This document shows positions 1 through 12,288 of a stretch of DNA of 64,000 nt, in pieces; the stretch's first letter is position 1; every line of letters begins with the position of its first letter. Where the stretch lies: assembly GCA_013239625.1 (NCBI GenBank), contig MU054338.1:2482977-2546976 (forward strand), given 5' to 3'. Below the pieces are notes generated by a model. That model had not been told where the DNA came from. It was given only the letters and a program-made list of their open reading frames with translations, and searched no databases. This stretch comes from Lama guanicoe. Its lineage: Eukaryota. The position numbers were made by a program, and so were the translations under genes.

Positions 1-934
1 GGGAGACGGAGGCTCAGAGAGGCCGAGACACCTGCTCGGGTGGGTGATGGCCACGCACCTATGCTCCGTCCCACCCCACGTCTGCAGGGAGTGTCACACA
101 CTCAACATGATGCCACAAGGAGTCCAGAATCACAGGAGCAGACCTTGTGTTTGACCTGTGAGAGGACCCAAGAATCCCCACACAGGATAAAAATCACACG
201 AGAAAGAAAGAGGGGAACAGGGAAAACCAACCTCTTGCCAAGAGTGAGTATCGTGTAGCGGAAGCAAGCACCCGGAGGGGCTCTGGCGGGCGCTCTGAGA
301 AGGGCTGGCGGCCGGGGGTCTGGGCTGGTGCTGGACGCCGCGGCCCAGCCCTGAGCGCGGGCGGCCCGGCCCTCGTCCCCCAGCCGGAGAGGTCAGGGCT
401 GGGTGAGGGGTTGGGGCTCCCACACAGCTATCTCTGTAGCTGCGATGTGGAGTCTGCTCGTGCCTCCATGGCGCCAGCTTTCTCTCAGAGTATTAAAGAC
501 AAGACAAAATCCACACGTGGTGTTTTGTGGTCTTTGCAGGGAGTGAGCTGGGAAGGTCCTTTGCTGACAGCAGCACACGCACGCGCACAGGATGCTCTTA
601 CCCACCTGCAGCCCTGCCTACACCACCCTGCGGCGTGACTAGCCTCAGGGAGGGGCACAGACCACGCCCCAGGGCTACCAAGCACCTCAGGGTACAAGGC
701 CTTGCTTCTGCGGCCAACAGTCAGCTCTGTGCCTGCTCCTATGTCTTCCACAAGAACACCAAGCACCCTTAAGGTAATCCTGATGTGCACCTGGCATCGC
801 AAGTTTAATAACAGGCCTCTTTTGGGCTGGCAACGACCCTGACCGCTGGCCGGCCACAGGGGACAAGGGAGGGCTCTCCTAGCCGTGGGGGCAGGGGGAT
901 TCAGGGCCTGCCCAGCGTGGGGTGGGGGGCTGAC

Positions 935-1281
935 CTGGGGACCAGCACAGCTGATCTTGCAGATGTCACAGTAATGAAGTGGGGGCTGCTTGGGACCACC
1001 CCTGGGTTTCAGCAGCCTAGTGGGAACTGATAGATTTTCGGCGAAGCTGTCAGCAGAACCAGCACTGGGACTGCTTCCTGAGCCGCCCCACGGGGACAAG
1101 TCCACAGGCTTTGGGAGTAGGGGGTGCTGCTCGGGGGGTGGCGGCGGCGGCGGTGGCGGCGGCGGTGGTGGCTGGGGGGGCCCCAGGGCAGGCAGGGGCT
1201 GCATCTGGGGGGGGAACGGTGGAGGGTAGTAAGGACTGGCTGCTGAGAAAGAGGACACATTGTAGCTCAGGTAGCTTGGTC
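935..1281 (-). CDS. ZFR2: ZFR2 coding exon 5 (347 nt): Pro-rich linker and start of first C2H2/matrin-type zinc finger
   Basis: Acceptor ttctctctgtttcttag, donor CAG|gtcagc. Translates GPSYLSYNVSSFSAASPYYPP...KQPPLHYCDICKISCAGPQ. HYCDICKISCAGPQ is the ZFR/ZFR2 first zinc-finger start. Exons 1-5 sum to 966 nt, in frame. Later exons lie outside the window. Confidence 0.95.
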
Positions 1282-1404
1282 CTAAGAAACAGAGAGAAAA
1301 ATGAGAGGGAGAGATGGGTTGGTTTCAAGGGCCTCATTTATTTCTGCAGCAAATAGAGGCACAGCCTGGGCCCGCATGCGCACGGGGGCAGCCTGCTGTC
1401 TCAC

Positions 1405-1620
1405 CAGTGTACAGGGCGGAGGCCGGGCTGAATGAGGGCGAGGACAGGCTGTAGGAAGGCAGGGTGGAGACAGAGGCAGCTGCGGGCTGAGCGCTGCTCG
1501 CCGGGGGGCAGGTGTAGCCGAAGGCTGCGGTACTGGCTGGCTGCCCGGCCTCAGCAGAGGGCGCCTGCGGCAGGGGCTGCACTTGGCCATACCCACCACC
1601 ACCATAGGCTCCTTGGGTCC
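1405..1620 (-). CDS. ZFR2: ZFR2 coding exon 4 (216 nt)
   Basis: Acceptor gcttgctctccag, donor ACTG|gtgaga. Translates GTQGAYGGGGYGQVQPLPQAPSAEAGQPASTAAFGYTCPP...SPASALYT. Phase 1 at both ends, matching its neighbours. Confidence 0.9.
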
Positions 1621-2089
1621 CTGGAGAGCAAGCACAGCCTCTGCAGAGCCAGCCCTGTGGTCCCGGGCCCAGGCAGCAGAGAGCCAGAGCCACACTCCCT
1701 GGGACCAACAGGACCACCAGCTGCTGGGAGCCTACCCGGCCTGGTACAAGTGGCCGCGAAGCCTGGGTGTCTGAGCCACAGCTGGAGGCCGGAGCCCTGG
1801 GCTCTTCCATCTCTAAAATCCAAGTCCTCAGCAGAACCTGCCTCCTTCCATCCTGGGAAGTTTTCCTTAGAAAAAAACTTCCAGCCTGCCTCAGTCTCCC
1901 CTTCTCTCTCTCACACACAGGCCCGCTGACTAGTGGAAACTTTAGGCCGGTGATCTGACGGGACAGCCCCGAGACCCACACTATTTCTGCAACTCTTGTG
2001 AATATGGAGTGTCTGAAACGTGACTTGACTGTGGTTCCTCCCGTGTAAGCGAAGCCCCCTGCTCCCGCCCCGCCCCTGCAGAGACCCAC

Positions 2090-2204
2090 CTGGAGGGCAG
2101 AGTGTGGCGGTGGCAGGGAGCGGAGGCTGGCCAGCAGCAGGTGGTGGGTACTGTTTGTTCTCATAGCCACTGGTGGCTGTTGATGGTCCATAGCTGTAGC
2201 TGTC
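2090..2204 (-). CDS. ZFR2: ZFR2 coding exon 3 (115 nt)
   Basis: Acceptor ctctctcag, donor CCAG|gtgggt. Translates DSYSYGPSTATSGYENKQYPPPAAGQPPLPATATLCPP, with a DSYSY motif as in ZFR-family N-termini. Confidence 0.92.
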
Positions 2205-3155
2205 CTGAGAGAGCGTTTCCGTGGGGGACACAGAGCAGAGAGAAGGGCGCTCAGGATGGGGGTAGCTCACTCGCTACCCCCAATCCCCGTGTGGCCCGCA
2301 TCCACCTGATTCCCAAGCTCCTGCTCTGCACCAGCCCTGTTTCAGGACCTGGGGATGCAGTGACCATGGAGGTGGACGTGGCCAGCTCTCGTGGAAGTGA
2401 CCGTAGCGTCTGGGAGCAAAAGTGCTCTGAGGAACGTCCAACAGGACAAGGGCCGCTGGTGACGGCTCGGAGGAGGAGGAGTGACAAGGAGACAGGAGTG
2501 CGGAGACTCGGGGACAGGGCTCCTGGCAGATGTCGGCAGGGTTCAGAAGCCCTGGTGGGAGTCAGATGTGGGGCTTGCAGGAGCCCCAGAAGGTGGTAAG
2601 AGCAGGGGATTGCTGAGCACAGCAGCAATCGTCAGGAAAGGGGCTGGGAGGGCAGGGGGGCCAGAGGTGCGGGAAGGGTCCGGGGCAGCAGGGAGCATGG
2701 CTGGATTTTGGTTCACAGCAGGGTTGAGCTGTTGGGTGGAAGTGAGGACGAAAGCACAGAGGCCAGGAGAAGGCCCTGGGAGCAGGGTCGGGGCTGGGTC
2801 TGGAGAAGTCCTGGAGGCCCTGGGGAAGCAAAGGGGAGGGAGGGCGCAGAGCCAAACAGCTGCGTGCTTGGCTGACCAGCAGCCTGTGGTGCCATTTGCT
2901 GACCCAATCGGCAACAAGCTGCCTCAGGGGGGTTGGACCAGTGGGGAACGCCTTGGCAACTCCCAGTGGAAGCCCAGCAGCCTGATCTGTGGGCCCGGAG
3001 CCCGGAGTCAGGAAGGTGGCACTGTCAGCACTGACACGGACAAGTCTGACCCCATCACCTCCACCAGCACGAGTCCCAGACTATCTGCCTCCACACAAGC
3101 TTGTCCAATTTTCAAGGGAGGACCAGTGCCAGGCAGAGAAAGTCCGGGCTGATAC

Positions 3156-3390
3156 CTGGTAGGAGGGAGCTGTGGAGGGTGCCGGTGCAGGCTCCTGGGG
3201 CTGGCTGCTGTAACCGAGGTCCTGGCCGGAGTAGGGCTGGTACCCACCGTAACCCGTTGGAGTGACGGGCCTGGATGGCTGGGTGGCCTCAGGAAACGTC
3301 GGGGTCAGAGCAGGGCCCAGGCCAGGAGCAGACGGTGTGGCGAAGCTGGCTCCCGCAGCCGGAAGGGGAAAAGCCGTTGGAGGCTGGGCG
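3156..3390 (-). CDS. ZFR2: ZFR2 coding exon 2 (235 nt)
   Basis: Acceptor gtggttttag, donor CAG|gtatca. Translates (S)AQPPTAFPLPAAGASFA...GYGGYQPYSGQDLGYSSQPQEPAPAPSTAPSYQ, resembling human ZFR2 SAQPPTLPLP...GYGGYQPHSGQD as recalled. Confidence 0.93.
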
Positions 3391-4039
3391 CTAAAACCAC
3401 AGATCAACACAGAACCCCGGCAGCATTAGATCCCGTCCTCCGAGAACCTGCGTCGGGCACGTGAATGCCACCTGACCCTGGACTCCAGCTGCTGGGATGC
3501 CGCCAGCCACACGGCACTGCCTGTAACACTAACCCTGGCCTTTCTGTGAGCACAGGTGCCAATGGAAGTGCTTTTCACAAGTTAACACAATCCCGTAGTG
3601 ACTCTGAGGCCGAGGCCATCCTTGTCTCCGTTTTCACAGTTGAGGAGAATCATGGAAGGTCGGTTGACGTTACACTGAAAACTCTACCTCCGAGAACCAG
3701 CTCTTACTGGCGGTTTGCCCTGGGAAGCCCAGAGCTGAGGCCTTTTGTCAGCCTCACCTCATTGCCAGCTTCCTGCCCTCAGAGAAGGTGCCGCTGGCTG
3801 GCCGGCCGGCCGGCCATCGGTTGGTCTGTCCCCACTGTCTGGATGAGGATACTCTCTGAGGACAGGTGACCTCAGTCAAGTGCTTGATTCAGACCCAGAT
3901 CTTTCTGATCCCTGTGCTCCTTGCTCTGCTAAATATCTATCACCCAGTAGAGAGTCCTCAAATTCAAAAGCCCATTTGTTGGGGAAGAGTATCAGCAAAA
4001 GTTTTAACCCAACACCAATAAGGATCATATAAGAAAGTT

Positions 4040-4590
4040 CTCACCACCCTCCTGCACTGTTGGTGGGAATGTAAACTGGTGCACCTCCATAGAGAACAGT
4101 ACAAAGCTTCCTTAAAAAAACTAAAAACAGAGGTACCATACGGTCCAGCAAGCCAGCCCATATCCAGAAAAGATAAAAACTCGAATTCAAAAAGATATAT
4201 GCACCCCAGTGTTCATAGTAGCACCATTTTCAATAGCAAGATATGGAAGAAACCTAAGTGTCCACCAACAAACAAATGGATTAAGATGCGGTGTACATAC
4301 ACAATGGACTATTACTCAGCCATAAAAAAGAATGAAATCTTGCCATTTGCAGCAACGTGGAGGGACCAAGAGAAGATTAAACTAAGTGAAGTAAGTCAGA
4401 GAAAGACAAATATTATATGCTATCACTTATATGGAGAATCTAAAAATAATACAAATGAAATTATTTACAAAACAGAAACAGACTCACAGACATAGAAAAC
4501 AAACTTATGGTCATCGAAGTGGAAGGGTGCGGGAGGGATAAATTAGGAGTATGGGATTAGCAGATACACACTACTGTATATAAAACAGCA
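4040..4590 (+). mobile_element. LINE-1 3' fragment (ORF2 C-terminus and 3'UTR)
   Basis: Hallmarks gttggtgggaatgtaaactggtgca and gactattactcagccataaaaaagaatgaaat. ORF 4079-4495 ends in L1 ORF2-like YYSAIKKNEILPFAATW. Confidence 0.9.
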
Positions 4591-4794
4591 CCAATATAGA
4601 ACATTCAGATCACCGCAGGAAGGCCTACAGGGCAGCGCTGCGTTAGAAGTCACCGTGCATCTCACACTCTCACACACATACACACACTCTTTCATCTATT
4701 AAGCGCACGAGTATCTCCGTCCCCATTAACTTTGCGACTAACACTGTTCAGGCCTTGGAGAGACCCTTTTACCCATCTCTTGCTCTATGATGTG

Positions 4795-5192
4795 AAAGCA
4801 AAATGTGGTATCCATACACACTGGGAGTATACTCAACCTTAAAAAGGAAGGAAATTCTGACACCTGCTGTAACATGGATGGACCTTGAGGTGAAATAATG
4901 CAGACACGAAAGGACAGATACTGTCTGATTTCACTTGTAGGAGGTCCCTAGAGGAGTCAAACCCATAGAAACAGGAAGCAGACGGTGGGGCCGGGGCTGG
5001 GGGAGGGGATGGGGAGTGAGTGTTTCATGGCGACAGAGTTGCAGTTTGGGAAGATGAGAAAGTTCTGGAGATGATGCGGAGATGGTTGCACGACAGTGTG
5101 AATGTGCGTAAAGCCACCATGCTGTGCATTTAACCATGGGTTAAACAGTAAATTTTGTTGCATATTATTTTACTACAATAAAAAGAAAAAAG
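4795..5192 (+). mobile_element. Old L1M 3' end fragment
   Basis: atgtggtatccatac...aaaaggaaggaaattctgac...gggaagatgagaaagttctggagatg, ending in an A-rich tail. Confidence 0.85.
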
Positions 5193-5609
5193 ACCTTGTA
5201 CCCACTAGCACTTACTCCCCATCTCTACCCATCTATTTTGTCTTTTAATGTTAACAGAAATTTCTGAATATTTTAGGAAAATAACTTTTTAGAAACATGA
5301 AAAATGACATTGATTTTTCAATGTTTCACGTTGAATTAGCATTTTTTCATGAAAGTATATTTACCTTTTGTACACTTTTTAGCTGCATCTTATAGCCGAA
5401 CCCTTTAGTTCAGCCTTTCTCAATCGGGGTTCCAAAAGAGAATGCAAATGTGCCCAGGCATCCAGTCGGTAAGGAATTCGTGGCTCCCTGAGGCACCGGG
5501 CAGGGTGCTGGCTGTGGTCCCCCCCGGGAGCCTCAGTCTCTGCAATCCCCTTCTATGTTCTGCAGTTCCAAGGCTGATCCCTGCTCGGGAAAGGGGCCAT
5601 CCTGGTTTG

Positions 5610-5995
5610 CCAGGGCTGCTTTTGCAAAGTCCCATAGGCTTGGTGGCTCAAAAGAGAGGGATTTACCCTCTCACCGTCTGGAGGCTGGACATCCAAGTTC
5701 AAGGTGTTGGCAGGGTGAGTTCCCGCTGAGGCCTCCTTCCTGGGCTTGCAGACGGCCGTCTTCTCCCGTGTCCTCACATGGCCTCCCCTCTGTGCATGTC
5801 TGTGTCCTGATCTCCTCTTCTTACGAGGACACCAGTCACATTGGATCAGGGCCACCCTAATACCTCATTTTACCTTAATTATCTCTTTAAAGATCCTGTC
5901 TCCCACAGTCACATTCTTTAGTTAGCACTGAAATCCTAAGTCCCAACACCTAAACCCAAATAGGAATTTTAGGGGGACACAAGTCAGCACATGAC
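5610..5995. mobile_element. MLT1-type MaLR LTR
   Basis: ctggaggctggacatccaagttcaaggtgttggcaggg...gaggacaccagtcacattggatcagggcc. Confidence 0.8.
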
Positions 5996-6509
5996 AGCTG
6001 CTTCAGGTCGTTGCTGTAACAAACTCAAATGACATGAAAATCTTGATTACACAAACATCATTCATGCCGAAATAAAGGCACCTAAAATATATCTTACATA
6101 ATCATTTATGAATTAGTATGTTTTTATTTTATTTAAGACATCCAAACATCATCAGCCCATTCAACAGAATGTCCAGACACATACAGTCAAGTTCAGTCAC
6201 CTATGATGTTTTGACAAGTGTAAACCGAGCGTCACTCTTTTTGTCCTTTTGGTCGTTAGGAAGGTGTATCTGTTGCGGCAGGTGGGACAGAACGTGCTGC
6301 ATTCAGCTTTTTGCCAGCTTGGTCTATGAGGCCTGTATTTTAGACATGGTGTGCGGGTTTCCATTTGTACTTTTGCCCCGGGCCTCTCAAACTGTAAAGG
6401 ATATTCATTTGCTTGACTACATCATAATTCATTTGCCTATTTTACTATTGGTAGATATTTATATTGTGTATCAGTTATCTATTGCAGTTAAAAATTAGCC
6501 CCAATGAAT

Positions 6510-7232
6510 GTCAGTTGGTACAGCCACTATGGAAAACAGTATGAAGGTTCCTCAAAAAATTAAAAATAGAACTACCATATGATCCAGAAATTCCACTTCT
6601 GGGTATTTTTCTGAAGAAAACGAAAACACTGATTTGAAAATGCACCACCATGTTCATCACAGCATTACTTATAATAGGCAAGATACGGAGGCAACCTAAG
6701 TGCCCATCAGTACAGGACTAAAGATGACGTGGAACACACACACACACACGAATGAACGTACACACACAATGGACATAAAAAAGAATGAAATTTTGCCATT
6801 TGTGACAACACGGACAGACCTGCCGCGTATCATGCTGAGTGAAATAAGTCAGACAGAGAAAGGCAGACACCACATGATCTCCCTTATATGTAGAATCTAA
6901 AAAACAAAACAAGTGAACAAACAAAACAAAACAGAAACAGACTCATAGATACAGAGAACAAACTTGGGGCTGCCAGGAGGAAGGGGGGTGGGAGGACGAG
7001 TGAAAGAGGAGAGGGAAATTAAGAGGCACAAACTTCCGGTCATTGAGTCAGTCAGTTGTGGGGGTGTAATAACACACAGCATGGAGAACACAGTCAGTAA
7101 TACTGCAACAACTTTGTGTGGTGGCAGATGGTAACCAGACGTACCATGGTGATCATTCTGTAATGTATAAAAATATCAAATCACTAGGTTATACTGGTAG
7201 AATATAAGCCAATTATACTTAAGTTAAAAAAA
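6510..7232 (+). mobile_element. LINE-1 3' fragment
   Basis: cagccactatggaaaacagtatgaaggttcctcaaaaaattaaaaatagaactaccatatgatccag, with an A tail at about 7225. Confidence 0.9.
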
Positions 7233-7239
7233 TTACTCC

Positions 7240-7790
7240 CAATGATGTGGCTTCAAACTATAATAAATATTTAGCATCTTCAGTTCCTGTGGGTCAGGAC
7301 CTTGGGAGTGGCATGGGTTGGCTCCGGCTCAGGGTCTTTATGAGGTCGTCAGCAAGAAGGCAGCTGGGGCGGCATCATCTGAAGGCTCCGCTGGGGTAGT
7401 GGGCTCTGCTTCCAGGACGGCTCCTTTCCATGGTTGGCAACTTGGTGCTAGTTGTTGGCTGGAGGCCTGTTTCTCCCCGTGTGGGCCTTTCCCAGCGCTG
7501 TCAGAGTGTTCTTGCAACATGGCAACTGGCTTCTGCCAGAATGAGAGATGAGGGGGAAGGGCGGGAAGGGGAGGGGAAAGGGGGAGGGGAGGGGAGGGGG
7601 AAGAGAGAGGAAGCGCCAAGTGGACGCTGTCCTTGTAATGGCCCAGCCTGGGCATCCCATGGCATAGCTTCTGCCATACTCTGTGTTAGAAGTGAACTCC
7701 TAAGTATACCCTCAAGGGGAGAGGCTCAGGCCCCATCTTTTGAAGGGAAGAATGAGTCTATTTATGGGAATATTGAATATGAATTCTCAG
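7240..7790. mobile_element. Old MLT1-type LTR fragment
   Basis: cagttcctgtgggtcagg...gctcagggtc...catcatctgaaggctc...tctgcttccaggacggctc...catggcaactggcttc pattern. Confidence 0.6.
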
Positions 7791-8560
7791 ACTGAATACG
7801 GGAATATTTTTAGACCGCCGCACGCTGTTTCCATTTTCTACTGCCACGTGTGTTCTGTGTACATTCCTTATACGCCTTCTGGTGCCAGCTTCCTCTCACG
7901 GCTTCTTGTCCAGCCTGGGACCCACACCACCCACTCCCAACAGGGCACAGCTGAGGGGAATGGGGCAGGGATGGCTGCCTTAGATCCATCACGGTTCCCC
8001 TGGAGCTGGGGCCACCTTCTCCGAGGCGCAGAGGCGAGGCGTGGACCCCACTCAGACTGCCCAAGGGAAACAGAAGGGAGGGCTTTGGGAGGACAATAAA
8101 AGACCACGCCGCTGAAGCCCGGCAAGGGGGTCTGGGCTGCCCGCCCTGCACGGGCAGGAGCACCGGAGTCCAAGTGCTCTCTGGCTGAGCCCGGTGGCCT
8201 CCGCTGGGTAAGAGGCCGCCAGCCCTGCACAGTGGTGCTTCCCTTCTCCCCTGGCTTCCCAGCATGCTGGTGGCCTCCACCTCCAGCAGGGTCTCCCCTC
8301 CCAGTCCTGAAGCCCCAGTGCACCAAATGGTGTCAGCTGAGGGCACAGAGGCAAGGGCCTTCTGGGGTGGAAGGTGAATCTCGTCCTCTAGCTGAGGGCC
8401 CCGAGGAGGCAGAGATAACCCTCGGGCTGTCTTCACCCACTCCCGCAGTGACAAAAGCTGTCTCTGCCTGGTAGGCCCCACCTAGGGAGCCAGTGAGGTG
8501 GGTGGTTGTTGAATCGGTGTGGCCCAGAGGTCAAATGCTGTGTTCCATCTAGGGCAGGGT

Positions 8561-8671
8561 TTCTCCTTTGGGGGGTGGGGGTGGAGTGAGGTTATTTATG
8601 GGGGTACCGGGCATTGAACCCAGGACCTCATGCATGCTAAGCAGACGCTCACCACTGAGCTGTCCCTTCCC
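8561..8671 (-). mobile_element. tRNA-Ala-derived SINE with target-site duplication
   Basis: Reverse complement of the tRNA-like head. Flanked by direct repeat ctagggcagggt at 8549-8560 and 8672-8683. Confidence 0.85.
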
Positions 8672-8675
8672 CTAG

Positions 8676-8862
8676 GGCAGGGTGTCTTGATCCAGGCACG
8701 GCTGACATTTGTGGCCTGGCTGTTCTCTGTCGGGCGCCGTCCTGGGCACTGAGGGGTGTGGAGCAGCATCACCGGCCTCCACCCACTCAATGCCAGGAGC
8801 ACCTCCAGTCGAGACAACCGCAGATGTCCCCAGACACTGTCCGGTTGAGGACGCTGGTCTAG
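8676..8862 (-). mobile_element. MER20-like hAT DNA transposon
   Basis: gctgacatttgtggcc...gtcctgggcactg...agcagcatc...ggcctccacccactcaatgccaggagcacc...gatgtccccagacactg. Confidence 0.75.
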
Positions 8863-9764
8863 GACAAGCCCGATCCCAGGGCAGTAGGCCTTGATGCCCA
8901 GGCCACAGATGGACAGTCCAGACCCTAATCCAGAAGGTTCACCAGGACACTGCAGGCTACCCTCTGGCTCAAGATCAGATCCGAGACAGCACGTCTGTGA
9001 GTGTAAACTAAGAATCAGGGCATGTGTTTGTTGCATACGACCCTGAGCGGTGATGCTCATGCGCCCTGAGGTTTGAGGATCACTGAGCTAGACCAAAGTG
9101 AAGAGCAAAAGGAGAGTCTGGCCGCAGATGGCTGGGCTTCCAACCCATTCGGCTTTGATATAACCCAGTGGTGGGACACCTTGCCAGGCGACTCCTGTCA
9201 GGTTTGTCACAAAGGCCTACAAACCTCACAGCTGTGAGCAGGCTGGTTGGCTGCGAGGCGTACAGGGTCAGGGTCGGCGACAGCTTTGAGTTCTGTGCAG
9301 GAGGGTGAAACGCCCTTGACCCCAGCAGAGGTCACCATCCCCATCTGCTCAGATGACAGGATTAAGTGCCTCTCCTGGGCAAACAGCTGAGACGCTGGGG
9401 GAGGGGCGGGGAGACCCACCACCTCAGGAAGGAGGATGTGTCGAGAGCCCAGGAGGCAACAGGAGCCTCCCCCTCCAACCCAGGGCCTGAAAAGGCCTCA
9501 CTGTGAAGGGTTTCTGGGACTCCAGAGAGGCGCTGAGAGAAGGGCCTGGCACACACGAGAACGGGAGAAAAGCACAGGGGCTGACAGGGAAATAGTCCCG
9601 TGTGCTGAGGGACAGAGGAGGTGAGGTGACAGAAGGCTGGATGGAGGGCCTGGGGCTCAGGGAAGCTAGGCGGAATCCAGGTTTCATCAGGTAAGCAATG
9701 GGGAGTCACTGAGGTCCACTGAGGTATCTCAGGACAGATCTGTCCCGTTTTAGGACCCCAAGGT

Positions 9765-10130
9765 GGTGCTATGGACTGAACTGTGCCCCCTCCCCATTCA
9801 CATGAGACTCTCACCCCCAATATGGCTTTATTTGGAAACTGGGCCTTTAAAGAAGTAATTAAATGAGGCCATAAGGGTGGGGCCCTGATCTTATAGGACT
9901 GGTATCCTTACAAGAAGAGAGAGACACCAGGGGTGCCCAGAGGGGGGACCACGTGGGGACACAGGGAGAAGGCCGTGGTCTGCAGGCCAAGGAGAGGCGC
10001 CTCGGGAGAAACCAGTCCTGTCCGCACCTTGATCGTGCACGTCCGGCTTCTGGACTGCGAGAAACAAATGTGCTGTTTGAGCAGCCCCGTCCACGGTGCC
10101 TTGTCACAGCAGCCCAAGCAGACGAAGACA
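9765..10130. mobile_element. MLT1-type LTR
   Basis: tgctatggactgaactgtgcccc...gggtggggccctgatc...ggactggtatccttacaagaagag...gtcacagcagccc. Confidence 0.85.
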
Positions 10131-10549
10131 GGCGGAGATGGCTGTGGAGAGGAGAAGCTGAGGACAAGGACCGTGAGACGACATGAGACACGCGTGGTGG
10201 AAACGGGAAGAGGACGCACGAGACGTCACGTCACCTGCGCCAAGTCCAGCCACACCGGTTCCCAACACCCAAACAGGGTTTGCAGAGCCATCAAGCACAG
10301 CCAGTGTTTGGCAACAGTGATCAAAGCAGTAGCCGTGACCCTAGAGGGAACGCTAGGCCCGCCTCACCCTGAGTAACTGCTCACAACAGCGTGAGGTGGC
10401 CTGCAGTCTGGTTTAGCGAGGCAGCTCTGAGGAAGCGGAGCACGGATGCCCTGGAGCTGGGGGAGTGGGTCTCACGCCCTTCTCAGGAGTGGGCTCGGCC
10501 ACATCCTGACCCCAGAAGGAAGGGACAAAGGGAGAAACGAAGGGATTTA

Positions 10550-11230
10550 ACACAGGGCTCGGCCAAGTGTGGTCACATTTGCCCACTGCTTGCTTTTGTA
10601 AAAAGCAAGGCCCCCGAGCAAAGAGATTTTGCATCTTTAAGTGGCTGGAGAAAGTCAAGAGATTAACATTTCATGACAATGAAAACTGTACAAAATTCAC
10701 ATTTCCGTGTCAAAAGGTACAGTTTTCCTGGCACACAGCCACAGCTGCTTGTTTAGGTGCTGTCCTTGGCTGCTTTCGCCCTACAGTGGCCGAGCTCTGT
10801 GGCTGCAGCCCGCTGGTGTGGACTGAATGCCTGTGTCTCCCCAAATTCTTAGATTGAAACCCTACTCCTCAGTGTGATTGTGTTAGCAGGCGGGGTCTTT
10901 GGGAGGTAACTAGGACTAGAGGGGGCACAAGGCTGGGGTCCCTTTCTTTATAAAAGTTTCAGAGCGCTTGCTTCCTCCTCTTGTCTGCCCTGTGCGAGGA
11001 CGCAGCGAGAAGTCAGCAGCTGCAGCCGGATGCGGGTCCTCACCAGATACCCACCAGCCTGCACCCTTAGCTGGCGTCTAGCCTCCAGGACTCTGAGGAA
11101 TAGACTCCTGCTGTTTACAAGCCGCCCAGTCTGCAGTGCTTTGTCACAGCGGCCTGAATTAAGACACCTGCAAGATGAAAAATAGCTACTCTCTGGCCCT
11201 GCACAGAAAAGGTCTGCTGACCCCTGGATT
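10550..11230. mobile_element. MER58-like DNA transposon interrupted by an MLT1 LTR (about 10815-11165)
   Basis: MER58-like pieces at 10550-10810 and 11170-11230 (tactctctggccctgcacagaaaaggtctgctgacccctg) flank an MLT1-like LTR beginning tgtggactgaatgcctgtgtctcccc. Confidence 0.7.
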
Positions 11231-11489
11231 AAAACAGCCCTCATTTATTTCGTTTGTGACACTCCGGGCTGGATGGGACTGCAAGTGAAGACAGCACCAG
11301 GCAGCGCTGCTTCTGGAGGGCAGCTGGCTGGCAGACACTGAGGCTCTCCTCCCTGTGGCATCTTGTCCTCCAGTGGCCAGCCTTGAGTCCCTCGTGCGGC
11401 AGGGTCCCCCAAGCTGGAGGGGACACAGGCAAAGGTTCTGGAGGTTGAGGCTCGGACCAGGCATGGACAGGACTAGCAGCTTGAACAGA

Positions 11490-11805
11490 TGCTGTAACAG
11501 AGGATCACAGACCGGGCGGTTTACAAACAACAGAGTCCTCAGTCCTTGAGGCTGGGACATCTCAGATCAAGGTGCCAGCAGATCTGGCATCCAGGAGAGC
11601 CCATGTCCTGGTTCCTAGATGGCCATCTTCCTGCTGTGTCCTCACAGGGCACAAGCAGTGAAGGAGTCCCCTGGGGTCCCTTTGTAAGGGCACAAACCCC
11701 ATTCATGGGGACCCCACCTTGATGACCCGGTCATCTCCCCAAAGCCCCTCCTAATACCATCACACTGGGGGTTAGGCTTCAGCACGTGCATCTGGGGGAG
11801 ACATC
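11490..11805. mobile_element. MLT1-type LTR
   Basis: gaggctgggacatctcagatcaaggtgccagcagat...taataccatcacactgggggttaggcttcagcacg. Confidence 0.8.
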
Positions 11806-12087
11806 AAGTAAACCTTTGGTCTGTGGCAGTATCTCTTCCGCTGCAGTCTTCTGGCCAAGGACGGGCACAAGGAAGCCGGGACCGGGGAAATCAATGCAAT
11901 TTCTAAGTGGGAAGACTGCAAGGTCACGGTGAAAAGGGAGTGGATATAAGAAGGAATGAAATAAAGGACAGGGACGTTTTGGCAACCAATATACTACGTG
12001 GAAGTTTTAGGAGTTGAGCTAGCCAAAACACAGCTCGTGGGAAAACTCCACAGGCGTGGCCCATATGGTTAACCTAGGTAACCTGGA

Positions 12088-12288
12088 GCAAGGGTTCTCA
12101 CCTGGGGTGACCCTGCTCCCAGTAGACACTGGGTGATGTCAGGGACATTCACGGTTGTCACCTTGGGGATACTCCTGGCATCGAGCAGGTGGGAGCCGGG
12201 GACTCTGATCAACACCCCACAGCACCCAGGACAGCCCCACAGAAAACAACCTAGCCGGATGTCAGAGGGCTGCTGCTGAGAAACTCAG
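12088..12288 (+). mobile_element. MER20-like DNA transposon
   Basis: gggttctcacctggggtga...gatgtcagggacatt...ggttgtcac...ctcctggcatc...caggacagccccac. Confidence 0.75.

Noticed and set aside
485..934. C-terminal extension of the 257-aa ORF 485-1258
   Set aside because: It is intron read-through past the exon 5 donor at 935. Zinc-finger similarity stops exactly at the GT.
2205..3155. Several 100-220 aa ORFs on both strands in ZFR2 intron 2
   Set aside because: GC-rich intron with few stops and no recognisable domain. Exons 2 and 3 already join in frame.
4079..4495. 138-aa ORF with KKNEILPFAATW
   Set aside because: Degenerate LINE-1 ORF2 C-terminal remnant, not a host gene.
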